A stretch of 51,783 nt of DNA from a virus. Lineage: Duplodnaviria > Caudoviricetes. Where the stretch lies: positions 1 to 51,783 of the IMG/VR virus record IMGVR_UViG_3300031652_000006, one strand, 5' to 3'. Positions 1-8,870 of this stretch are shown one piece after another. The translations under genes and the position numbers were made by a program. Position 1 is the first letter of the stretch. Every line of letters starts with the position of its first letter. The notes below the pieces were generated by a model, which was not told where the DNA came from, did not search any database, and saw only the letters and a list, made by a program, of their open reading frames with translations.

Positions 1-13
1 GGTCACGGCAAAG
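1..13. repeat. Terminal direct repeat GGTCACGGCAAAG, left copy; probable cohesive end or circular overlap
   Basis: Identical to 51771-51783. Confidence 0.95.
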
Positions 14-54
14 CTCGGTTAACGCAATATTACAGTATTTGTGAACTTTAGGGA

Positions 55-110
55 AATAGTTTAATAAGAGTATAAAATTAATAATAGTTTAATAAGAGTA
101 TAAAATTAAT
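55..110. repeat. Perfect tandem repeat 2 x 28 bp (AATAGTTTAATAAGAGTATAAAATTAAT); possible terminase-binding (cosB-like) sites
   Basis: Copies at 55-82 and 83-110 seen directly; function inferred from position next to the genome end. Confidence 0.85.
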
Positions 111-317
111 ATTAGTAATATAAAATATTAAAATAATAGATCGATAGGCCGAAACCCTATCGCTCGATAACACAATGGTGTGTTACGATTTGCTCTTTAG
201 CCGCACCGATAAACACTAATTTTTAGGGTAGAAAAAATGATTAAAAAGCGTTTGTTCAATACGATTGATCGTAGGTGCGGCTGTTTAAAAATAAACCTTT
301 ATCAAAGGAGCATATAA

Positions 318-542
318 ATGGATGATAATTTGAAACCTAGTAAGCCTGGTTATTATTGGTGGGAAAACATAGCAGGAGAAAATCACATAGCATATTTTAT
401 GTATAGCAACAACGGTACACTAATAACAAACGGCCTGATACCGAGATTCACAGTACTGTATGACGCTCTTGTAGACTGTACAGTGGATGAGTTTGAGACC
501 GGTTGCAATTTTAAACGTTGGCTCGGACCGGCCTATCCTTAG
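318..542 (+). CDS. Hypothetical protein, 'KPGxWW...WLGxA' paralog family
   Basis: SD AAGGAG upstream; motifs shared with 39469-39792 and 39891-40178. Confidence 0.8.
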   Translation: MDDNLKPSKPGYYWWENIAGENHIAYFMYSNNGTLITNGLIPRFTVLYDALVDCTVDEFETGCNFKRWLGPAYP

Positions 543-560
543 TTAAAAGGAGTTTTACAA

Positions 561-818
561 ATGGGTTATTATAGAAATGATTCACCAGTATCATTGGGAA
601 AGGCCCGCGTTATTGCCCTGGGCGAAAAAGTGGTTTATTTAGAAGTCGCGCATCGTGGTACTATATGTGTACCCCAGGATGCCGTATGTTATAGAAAGTT
701 TATGCATATTATACCGGACTGGGAAGAAGTGTTTGTTAAAACATGGTTTTTAGATATAATAAAAACAACATTTTTGGGTCAGGATAAAATTAATGAAGCG
801 AATAAAAATAACTGTTGA
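561..818 (+). CDS. Hypothetical protein
   Basis: SD AAGGAG; operon context. Confidence 0.7.
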   Translation: MGYYRNDSPVSLGKARVIALGEKVVYLEVAHRGTICVPQDAVCYRKFMHIIPDWEEVFVKTWFLDIIKTTFLGQDKINEANKNNC

Positions 819-1017
819 TTTAGAATTTTATATAGAAGATAATACTAAGTTTGTTGCCTTTGATAAAACAGGTGTGCTAGTACAAAGTAGTGTACCTATG
901 AAACGAGGCAAAAACGGAGAGTGGGAGGCCAGCACAAGAAGAAATATTTTAGACGATGATCTTATTTATGAGATTCACGAAATAATTAATTGGAAAAAAA
1001 CTTTAAGGGAGATTTAA
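793..1017 (+). CDS. Hypothetical protein, 'YxAVD...NWxxTL' paralog family
   Basis: MKRIKITVDLE..KFVAFDKTG..INWKKTL matches four other ORFs. Confidence 0.8.
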   Translation: MKRIKITVDLEFYIEDNTKFVAFDKTGVLVQSSVPMKRGKNGEWEASTRRNILDDDLIYEIHEIINWKKTLREI

Positions 1018-1019
1018 AA

Positions 1020-1229
1020 ATGAAAAAAGTAAAACTTGAAATTGAAGTAGATGTACAAGACACAACGAAGTATGTAGCGGTGGATAAGGATGGAACTATC
1101 ATAGAGAGCGAGTATAGTATGGTAGCTCCGGACGATAGTATTGTGTGGATAGCAGAGAATTGTGGAGGATCTGAGTGGACTGAGATAGACACTATTTCAA
1201 ATTGGAGAGATACTTTGACTGAGGTGTAG
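1020..1229 (+). CDS. Hypothetical protein, 'YxAVD...NWxxTL' paralog family
   Basis: ATG 1020 after GGGAG; KYVAVDKDG..SNWRDTL. Confidence 0.8.
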   Translation: MKKVKLEIEVDVQDTTKYVAVDKDGTIIESEYSMVAPDDSIVWIAENCGGSEWTEIDTISNWRDTLTEV

Positions 1230-1230
1230 T

Positions 1231-1926
1231 GTGACAAGTAAAAAGCCTTGGTTAAAATTTATGGAGAGCTTACCTTTTGTAGAAGATCCACCTGGGCCAC
1301 AGTGGTTAAGCCCGATAGTTTACTCAAGTCGTGCCGAGACCGTGCCACAAGCCGTTCGACGCGCTGTGGAAAAAGGTACTATTAAACGAGAGCATTGCTT
1401 AGCAACTGGTAATAAAATTCGAGCTGGGTATAAGCTATTGATAAACTGGAATGAGACGGCATATAATTATATACGAACACGACATAAACGATCTTGGCCC
1501 GCTGATTTTGACATTGATTCTGGAGAGTACAGACCAATCCCCGTGGGAAAAAGTAAAAAGAAGATTACGAAAAAGAAAGTTACGAAAAAGAAAACAGTAA
1601 ATTTAACTGAACTAGATTTAATAGACAATATTCAGGATGCTAAACTTGCTATGGAGAAGTTAAAAATAGCAGAACGTCAAAGGGACTACGACATTGCTGA
1701 TAATAAATTAATACCTATTGAATCAGTTGTTGAAATTTGTGTATCTTTAGCTCACGCTATTAAGTCTCAACTTATGCGCTTTATTGTTTTAGCTTCTTCA
1801 GATTTATTGGCTTGTACCGAGATTAATGAAGTACGGAAAACTTGTGAGAGATATTTTAAAGATGTTTTATCGGAAGTGGAAAGCATTATTAAAATAAAAG
1901 ATCACATAGAAAAAAATAACGAATAG
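1231..1926 (+). CDS. Terminase small subunit (Nu1-like)
   Basis: Immediately upstream of gpA-type terminase; N-terminal HTH-like segment and AKLAMEKLKIAE..KLIPIESV coiled region. Confidence 0.7.
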   Translation: MTSKKPWLKFMESLPFVEDPPGPQWLSPIVYSSRAETVPQAVRRAVEKGTIKREHCLATGNKIRAGYKLLINWNETAYNYIRTRHKRSWPADFDIDSGEYRPIPVGKSKKKITKKKVTKKKTVNLTELDLIDNIQDAKLAMEKLKIAERQRDYDIADNKLIPIESVVEICVSLAHAIKSQLMRFIVLASSDLLACTEINEVRKTCERYFKDVLSEVESIIKIKDHIEKNNE

Positions 1927-1928
1927 AT

Positions 1929-3944
1929 ATGCCTTCCGGTAGACCTAAGAAATTAAAGAGTATCGATAGTGTTGATAAAATAACGACACCATTAAAACAA
2001 AAAGAAATTATTCAATCGGTTGCAAATGCTTTAATAATACAAGATACTCCGGATTTAGATATTTGGTCAGACGAAAATCGTTTTCTACCGCCCGAGACTA
2101 GTTCTGAACATGGTAAATGGCGGACATCTAGATTTCCTTTTTTGCGTCGTGTCATGAAATGTTTATCCGCGAGTTCAATTGCGCGTGAGATTGTATTTGT
2201 TAAAGGCGGTCAGCTTGGCGGTACCGAATGTGCAATAAATTGGTTACTGCACAGTACTGTTTGTGAGCCAGGTCCATCGGCGTATATCCAGAAAACAATA
2301 GACGCGGTAAAAGCTTTTGTTAAACAAAAATTTCGTCCCGCTATTAGACACTGTAGTGCTGTTGCCTATACGCTTGGTGATAAGAAACCAACAGGTTATT
2401 CCAACGCTATTTTAGATATGGGTTATCCGGGAGGTTTTATTTCTTTCGGTCCGGCCAATTCATCCGACTTTTTAAAATCCAAATCACTGTTGCGCGGTGT
2501 GTTGGATGAAGAAGATCAATATGAATTGAGTATCGATAACCAGGGGTCACCTCGTTTAATGCTTAAAAAGAGGATGGCGAACTTTCCAAATTCAAAGTTA
2601 CTTAGGATAAGTACTCCTGTGTTGAAAGAGCTCTCCACAATTGAACCAGGTTTTCATGAAGGTTCAGAAGAGTTGTATTATGTTCCTTGCCCAAATTGCA
2701 ATCCTGACGCAAGTGATACGAAGTTTATGTTTGCTATTGAGCATGATAATATTAAATGGTCTAAAGAGATAAATCCAAAAACAAATGCACCTATTAGAGT
2801 GTGGTGCGAATGTCCTTCTTGTGGATATGAGATAGACGAGTCAAAGCACAAAACATGGATGTTAAAAAAAGGTGATTGGTTTTCAACAAAAAATTATGAC
2901 GACCCAGAAACACCACTATCTAGATACCGAGTTGGGGATGTTGAATTTCCTTCGTTTAGGCTACCTTCTTTTTATTCTCCGCTTGGCTTCTATTCTTGGT
3001 ATGACGCGGCTCATGATTTTTTAGAGTATAAAAGAACTGGTGATATTTCCTTATTGCAGGTTTATATCAATCAATGTTGCGCTGAAACTTTTTCATTAAC
3101 TGGTAGTGACATTGATCATACTGGCTTATATATGCGTAGAGAGTCTTATAGCGGCTCAAAGAATTTATTCGATGTTCCGAACGAAGGACTATGCTTAACA
3201 GCTGGTGTTGATGTTCAGGATGACCGCTTAGAAGTCGAGGTTGTAGCCTGGGGAATATTAGAGGAGTCTTGGTCTATAGATTACAAAGTATTACCTGGTG
3301 ATACAGCTTTGACAGGAAATATTTATGGTATGCTACCAAATGGTCAGCCAACAGTGTGGAGACTACTACATGATTATTTAAGCAAGCGATGGCGGCATGA
3401 GTCTGGTGTGGATATGCCGGTCGAAGTAACAATGATTGACTCCGGGGGTCATAGGTCTGATGAAGTTCATCAGTTTTGTAGGCCTCGTGAAAATTTGAGA
3501 ATATGGCCTATTAAAGGCCAAGGCGGTTGGGGAAATGGTTTGTGGAGACGTTCTACACGACGGCATGAAAAATATAAAACAATAGACTATCGTTTATTCG
3601 TTGACGAGTTAAAGTCCAAGCTTTACGCATTTCTTCGTATTCAAACACCTGGACCGGGGTATTGTCATTTTCCTAAGAAGGATGTTTACTCGGAAAAATA
3701 TTTTAAAGGGTTGACTTGTGAACGATTACAAACGCGCACAGTTCGAGGTCAACAACAATTGTATTGGGACACTCCGCCCGGTGCGCGTAACGAGCCATTA
3801 GACTGCCGAAACTATGCTTACGCCGCGTTTTCTGCATACGGTATAGATTTATTTAAAAGAGCATCAGTTGGATTGCAAAGTATATTTGGTAGCATGGCAC
3901 GGGTTAAGAAAATAAAATTACGCAAAGGTAGTAGAGGTTTGTAA
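1929..3944 (+). CDS. Terminase large subunit, lambda gpA family
   Basis: VKGGQLGGTE Walker A, VLDEED Walker B, ISTP, YYVPCPNC, AGVDVQDDRLE, IDSGG, RNEPLDC. Confidence 0.97.
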   Translation: MPSGRPKKLKSIDSVDKITTPLKQKEIIQSVANALIIQDTPDLDIWSDENRFLPPETSSEHGKWRTSRFPFLRRVMKCLSASSIAREIVFVKGGQLGGTECAINWLLHSTVCEPGPSAYIQKTIDAVKAFVKQKFRPAIRHCSAVAYTLGDKKPTGYSNAILDMGYPGGFISFGPANSSDFLKSKSLLRGVLDEEDQYELSIDNQGSPRLMLKKRMANFPNSKLLRISTPVLKELSTIEPGFHEGSEELYYVPCPNCNPDASDTKFMFAIEHDNIKWSKEINPKTNAPIRVWCECPSCGYEIDESKHKTWMLKKGDWFSTKNYDDPETPLSRYRVGDVEFPSFRLPSFYSPLGFYSWYDAAHDFLEYKRTGDISLLQVYINQCCAETFSLTGSDIDHTGLYMRRESYSGSKNLFDVPNEGLCLTAGVDVQDDRLEVEVVAWGILEESWSIDYKVLPGDTALTGNIYGMLPNGQPTVWRLLHDYLSKRWRHESGVDMPVEVTMIDSGGHRSDEVHQFCRPRENLRIWPIKGQGGWGNGLWRRSTRRHEKYKTIDYRLFVDELKSKLYAFLRIQTPGPGYCHFPKKDVYSEKYFKGLTCERLQTRTVRGQQQLYWDTPPGARNEPLDCRNYAYAAFSAYGIDLFKRASVGLQSIFGSMARVKKIKLRKGSRGL

Positions 3945-4783
3945 TGGCTATAAATGTATTAAGCTTATTTGATGGTATTAGTTGTGGACAGTTAGCTTTG
4001 CGGCGATCCAAAATAGCTGTTGCTAATTATTATGCTAGTGAAATTTGTAGTAAGTCTATTGCGTTGACTAAACGTAATTGGCCTAGCACAAAGTTCTTAG
4101 GGGATGTAAGAAAAATACGTAGTAATAGTAAAATAAAAATACATTTGTTATTGGGAGGTAGTCCTTGTCAAGGATTTAGTTTCGCAGGGAAAAATTTAAA
4201 TTTTAAAGATCCGCGTAGTAAATTATTTTTTCATTATGTACGTTTGCTAAGGGAATGTTTGCCTACATTTTTTTTGTTTGAGAATGTGCGTATGTCAAAA
4301 AAAAGTATAGATATTATAAATAAATATTTATGTGTTGAACCAATAGAGATCAATAGTAATTTAGTTAGTGCACAAAATAGAAAAAGATTATATTGGACTA
4401 ATATTCCTAATATTGAACAACCTAAAGATCGTAATATAAAATTAAAAGATATACTTGAAACCGACAATTTAAAATTACAAAACTACAAAGTACCTTATAC
4501 GAAAAGTAGAGTTGCTATGTGGGAAGGTAAATGTAAAAACATAACATACGAAGATAAATCTAGTTGTGTAACAACTAAGCAAGATCGTTGGTCTAACGCA
4601 GGTTTAATAGCTTTTGAAAATTTTTGTCGTTTTTTAACTACTATTGAGCTAGAGCGCTTACAAACTTTACCCGATAATTATACACGTATGTTTGGTTTAA
4701 GTGATTTAGATCGTCAAAAATTAATAGGAAATGCTTGGACTGTAGATATAATATCGCACATTTTAAATCATACTAAGAAATAA
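3944..4783 (+). CDS. DNA (cytosine-5) methyltransferase
   Basis: LSLFDGISCG, GGSPCQGFS, FENV, AQNRKRLYW, ERLQTLPD, IGNAW motifs. Confidence 0.95.
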   Translation: MAINVLSLFDGISCGQLALRRSKIAVANYYASEICSKSIALTKRNWPSTKFLGDVRKIRSNSKIKIHLLLGGSPCQGFSFAGKNLNFKDPRSKLFFHYVRLLRECLPTFFLFENVRMSKKSIDIINKYLCVEPIEINSNLVSAQNRKRLYWTNIPNIEQPKDRNIKLKDILETDNLKLQNYKVPYTKSRVAMWEGKCKNITYEDKSSCVTTKQDRWSNAGLIAFENFCRFLTTIELERLQTLPDNYTRMFGLSDLDRQKLIGNAWTVDIISHILNHTKK

Positions 4784-4784
4784 C

Positions 4785-4813
4785 TTGACGTAAAGAATAA
4801 ATTTTTATATACA
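4785..4813 (+). promoter_or_regulatory. Putative sigma70 promoter TTGACG-17-TATACA
   Basis: Consensus similarity in an intergenic region. Confidence 0.45.
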
Positions 4814-4839
4814 TCTTTATAGCCAATCTCCTTGTCTCC

Positions 4840-4880
4840 GAAACCCTTGTAGATCCATTCCTACAAGGGTTTCTTTTTCT
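4840..4880 (+). terminator. Intrinsic terminator
   Basis: Perfect 13-bp stem GAAACCCTTGTAG/CTACAAGGGTTTC followed by a T-run. Confidence 0.9.
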
Positions 4881-4957
4881 GTTTTCAAGTTATATATTAT
4901 ATATTTTGTATTTGTTTCATTTGGGTTTTGTGCCCAGTTGTGCAGATAGAATTATTG

Positions 4958-4986
4958 TTGACAAAATTTTTGAATTTTTTTATGCA
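4958..4986 (+). promoter_or_regulatory. Putative promoter for the structural operon, TTGACA-17-TATGCA
   Basis: Perfect -35 box just downstream of the terminator and upstream of gpW. Confidence 0.5.
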
Positions 4987-5007
4987 CTTAGTTAGTGAGG
5001 TGTTGCC

Positions 5008-5244
5008 TTGGCTACATTGGCCGAAAGAATTACAGAGACTGAAACTAGACTCGCTATGTATATCGCGGCAGAACAGGCAATCGTGAAGGGTGGACAGTCT
5101 TACTCGATTGGTAATAGATCTTTAGATCGTGGTGATTTAAAAGAAATACGTCGGGCTATTATACAATTAAATAATGAATTAAATGTGTTAAATAATGGAT
5201 ATAGACTACGTATGCAAAGAGTTGTACCTAGGGACGGAGTTTAG
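5008..5244 (+). CDS. Head-tail joining protein, gpW-like
   Basis: GQSYSIGNRSL..DLKEIR motif; directly precedes portal. Confidence 0.85.
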   Translation: MATLAERITETETRLAMYIAAEQAIVKGGQSYSIGNRSLDRGDLKEIRRAIIQLNNELNVLNNGYRLRMQRVVPRDGV

Positions 5245-6878
5245 TGTTAACACCAAGTATTAAAAAGACGGTACTTGATAAAATAGTTTCTTATTTTTCA
5301 CCTAGTGCAGGTATGAGACGTTATCAACAGCGCCTTAGGATAAGCGCTCTTGAGCAGAATGGCTATGTCATCCCCGGGTCGAGGCGAAAGGCTATGAAGG
5401 GCGTGACGGTGACCCCTGGCAGCCCTCGTCGCGACATCACTGATAAGCACATGCACATGGCTGGTTTGTCGCGAGACTTAGCGATGAACTCACCTCTCGC
5501 GGCGGCAATATTGGATCGTCTTAAAACAAATGCGGTAGGTGCTGGATTGCAGGTGCAGTCACGTATTGATGGATCTTTTTTAGGTATTAGCAATGATGAA
5601 TTAGATAAAGCAAAGTTAAACTTTGAACGTATGTTTGATATGTGGGCGAATAGTTTTGCGGCTGATTATGAATATCAACATTCATACGGCGTAATGCAGT
5701 CATTAGCATTTTTTAATATGCTCATGAGTGGTGATTTCTTTTTTATGCTGGTTTATCGTGAGCCACGTGAGAAAGGTTTTCCGTTTGGTACATGCGTAAA
5801 ATTGATAGACGCTGATTTAGTGCGTAATCCTAATTTTACTGACGTATACAGTCAAGATGTTGAAGGTGGGGTGCAATTAGATAGTAATGGCAATATTGAG
5901 GGATATTGGGTTTGGAACACATATCCGAATGAGACTATTGCTATGAAAAAAGTTGGCAAACCAACTTTTATACCATTATTTAACTCTGCTGGTCAGCAAC
6001 AAATTTATCACGTATTTGATCCGAAGCGATTTCATCAACGTCGCGGTGTTCCGCATTTAGCACCGTCGGCTGAATTGTTAAAACAATTGACACGAATATC
6101 GGAAGCCGAAGCCATGAATATTTTGGTCAGTAGTTTTTTCACAGTATTTGTTAAAGATGCGTCGGGTATGCCTACGTATTTACCAGATGCTTTACCACCC
6201 GAAGAAACGGTTACTGGTGGTGGAACTTATGGCCCGGGCGACTCAAATATATACGATAAAAATTTGTATGATGGTAATGATCTCGAGATGGGTTATGGAA
6301 ATGTTCTCTATTTAGATGACAATAAAGATATAACGATTGCGGACCCGAAAAGAACTGATCAGGATTTTTCGACCGTTTGGAATGCGCTGGCTACTCAAGC
6401 AACGGCTGGATCTAATATGTCTATAGAACACGCTCAATTGAGATATGACACTAGCTATACAGCGGCACGTGCGGCTAGAATAGATATGTGGAATATATAT
6501 GCTTATATGCGTAATTTATTAGTTAATAAGATGGATCAAATAGTATACGAGCGTGTTAGCGAGGAATCAGTTGTTCGAGGTAACTTGTTTGCTAAGGGTT
6601 TTCTTGACGATTATGCTAGAAAAAAGGCTTGGTGCAGATCTGCATGGATCGGTCCTGGACAAGGTTTCTTGAATCCACTACAAGAAGCCAAGGCAGCAGC
6701 TGTTGCAATAAATGCTAATATAGGTACGCGAGAGGAAGCCTACGCGTTATCAACTGGTAATAGATGGGAATCAGCTATGACACGAAAAGCGAGTGAACAG
6801 AGATTAATGGATACGCTGGGCTTAGTCGACGAGGTGTCAAAAGGCGATTTGTCCGGAACAGGAAATACACGTGTATAG
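5244..6878 (+). CDS. Portal protein, lambda family
   Basis: SRDLAMNSPLA, QRRGVP, SYTAARAA, WIGPG..LNPLQEA. Confidence 0.95.
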   Translation: MLTPSIKKTVLDKIVSYFSPSAGMRRYQQRLRISALEQNGYVIPGSRRKAMKGVTVTPGSPRRDITDKHMHMAGLSRDLAMNSPLAAAILDRLKTNAVGAGLQVQSRIDGSFLGISNDELDKAKLNFERMFDMWANSFAADYEYQHSYGVMQSLAFFNMLMSGDFFFMLVYREPREKGFPFGTCVKLIDADLVRNPNFTDVYSQDVEGGVQLDSNGNIEGYWVWNTYPNETIAMKKVGKPTFIPLFNSAGQQQIYHVFDPKRFHQRRGVPHLAPSAELLKQLTRISEAEAMNILVSSFFTVFVKDASGMPTYLPDALPPEETVTGGGTYGPGDSNIYDKNLYDGNDLEMGYGNVLYLDDNKDITIADPKRTDQDFSTVWNALATQATAGSNMSIEHAQLRYDTSYTAARAARIDMWNIYAYMRNLLVNKMDQIVYERVSEESVVRGNLFAKGFLDDYARKKAWCRSAWIGPGQGFLNPLQEAKAAAVAINANIGTREEAYALSTGNRWESAMTRKASEQRLMDTLGLVDEVSKGDLSGTGNTRV

Positions 6879-8199
6879 CCATATACTAAACGAAATATCT
6901 AAAAATTATTGGGCTATATCGAGTCAAGCATTTGCTTCATTATTGGATATTGTTAATAGGGACGATTTAAGCAAAGAACAAATTAATAGTTTACATACTC
7001 TTAATGACGATATAAAAGTAAATGCTTTTTCTCTATTAGGCGATTCCGTAGAAGGAACTCAGTATAGCTCTATACTAAATCGTACTGGTTTTATAACGAT
7101 ATATGGGCCAATCGTTCCTAGATCTAGCTACTTTTCACGTGCCAGTGGTGTAGCGTCGTATACCAGTTTGATTGATGAATTTAAATCGTTGGAAAACAAT
7201 TCGAATATTGATAGAATTGTTTTTATTCTTGACACACCGGGCGGCTCTACGACAGGTGTCAATGACTTATCATCTTTGATTTACAATAGTAAAAAAGAAA
7301 CTGCTAGTTTCGCTTGGATGGCAGCAAGCGCTGGTTATGAAATAGCGAGCGCCACCGATAAAATATATGGGCCGGCGACCGGTATATTTGGATCTATCGG
7401 AACAGTAGCGACTATTCGAGATACGAAAAAAAGAGATGAGAAAAACGGTGTTATTCAATACGAGATAGTTTCTGCTCAATCTCCTTATAAGCGTGCCGAT
7501 GTTACGACTGAAGAAGGTCGTGCTGTAATACAAAACTTGGTTGATAATATGGCACAGCATTTCATAGAGAACGTGGCAAAGTATAGAGGAATATCGTCAG
7601 AAACAGTTCTAAATGATTTTGGTAAAGGTGCGATCTTTTCAGGCAACGAAGCTATTGAGAGAGGTATGATTGATAATGTTTTACAGATAAATGACTTTGT
7701 GAATTTAATTACAGATATTAGTGACAGTAATAGACTGTTCACGCTTAACAATAGTAAGGAAAACAATATGAGTAATGAGGTAACAAAATTATCGGTAGAG
7801 GAAACTACGGTCGATACTTTGCGGTCAAGTCATCCTAAGCTCGTTAAAGATATAGAGCAATCGGCTATCGATAGCTATGTATCAAAAATACAAGCAATTG
7901 AAGCGTTAGCGGATGAGTACAAAGAGTATGGTAACAACGTGTACTTGGCTGTTAAAGATACTGTTGACACGCTTAAATACGACAGTGATGCAACTATCAA
8001 CAGTATCAGTATAGCTATAATCAAATCGGCCAGTACAGCATTTAGAGACCAAACAAATAGTTTTAAGAATGACGTGGATGAAGCAACAGATCTTGCGAAT
8101 AAAATCGGATCACAAAGTCCACCTAACAACACTGTGGATAAAGAGGTCGAAACAACAAATAGATTAGTAGCTGCTGGTAAGCACTTAGGAGGTGAATAA
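6871..8199 (+). CDS. S49 prohead protease with probable C-terminal scaffold domain
   Basis: DTPGG, AASAGYEIAS, GSIGTV motifs; follows portal. Confidence 0.92.
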   Translation: MYSHILNEISKNYWAISSQAFASLLDIVNRDDLSKEQINSLHTLNDDIKVNAFSLLGDSVEGTQYSSILNRTGFITIYGPIVPRSSYFSRASGVASYTSLIDEFKSLENNSNIDRIVFILDTPGGSTTGVNDLSSLIYNSKKETASFAWMAASAGYEIASATDKIYGPATGIFGSIGTVATIRDTKKRDEKNGVIQYEIVSAQSPYKRADVTTEEGRAVIQNLVDNMAQHFIENVAKYRGISSETVLNDFGKGAIFSGNEAIERGMIDNVLQINDFVNLITDISDSNRLFTLNNSKENNMSNEVTKLSVEETTVDTLRSSHPKLVKDIEQSAIDSYVSKIQAIEALADEYKEYGNNVYLAVKDTVDTLKYDSDATINSISIAIIKSASTAFRDQTNSFKNDVDEATDLANKIGSQSPPNNTVDKEVETTNRLVAAGKHLGGE

Positions 8200-8861
8200 T
8201 GTCTACTACCTCTACAGTATCGAGGGATAACTTGTTTGCAGGGGACTATCCTATTATTCGAGGAACGGTAACAGTTGCCGCTTCTCAGACGGCCGCTAGG
8301 GGTGCGGTTGTTGGGAAGATTACGATTGCGGCCGGTACCGCGGCGGCGGGAAGTAACACTGGTGATGGCGCGATTTCCGGATTTGCGTTGGCTGCTGGTG
8401 GACCGGCTAAGATCGGTACTTATGTCGCGACCTGTGTTGAAGCAGCTTCTGATAGCGGTATTTTTGAAGTTGTTGATCCGGATGGTATCTTGATCGGTAC
8501 ATTGACGGTGGCTGGAACGTTTACCGGGGGAGGTATTACGTTTGCGTTGGCTGACGGCTCTACCGATTTTATTGTCGGTGACTTGTTTAATCTTCCTGTC
8601 GAAGCTGGCAGTGGTCAGGTTAAGTTGCTAGATACAACAGCGACAGACGGATCGCAAAAATTTTATGGTGTTCTACTCGAAGCTGTAACGACTGGTGGTG
8701 GTGAAACAGCGCCAGCGGCAATTGCTAAGACAGGTGAATTCTTGTCGCAAGGTCTTACATTTGGCGGATCTACTGTGGTTGCTGATGTAATTGATGACAT
8801 GAGAAGTAACAGCTGTTTTGTACACACGTCTTACGCACTTGAGAATGTGCAGGTATCTTAG
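8199..8861 (+). CDS. Head decoration protein (gpD-like) with Gly/Ala-rich inserted domain
   Basis: DNLFAGDYP, RGAVVGKIT, DGSQ..GVL; lies between protease and capsid. Confidence 0.85.
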   Translation: MSTTSTVSRDNLFAGDYPIIRGTVTVAASQTAARGAVVGKITIAAGTAAAGSNTGDGAISGFALAAGGPAKIGTYVATCVEAASDSGIFEVVDPDGILIGTLTVAGTFTGGGITFALADGSTDFIVGDLFNLPVEAGSGQVKLLDTTATDGSQKFYGVLLEAVTTGGGETAPAAIAKTGEFLSQGLTFGGSTVVADVIDDMRSNSCFVHTSYALENVQVS

Positions 8862-8870
8862 GAGAATTAA

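Noticed and set aside
417-455. Diversity-generating retroelement TR/VR pair with 42231-42269
   Set aside because: Only 39 nt long, mismatches are not adenine-specific, and no reverse transcriptase is present.
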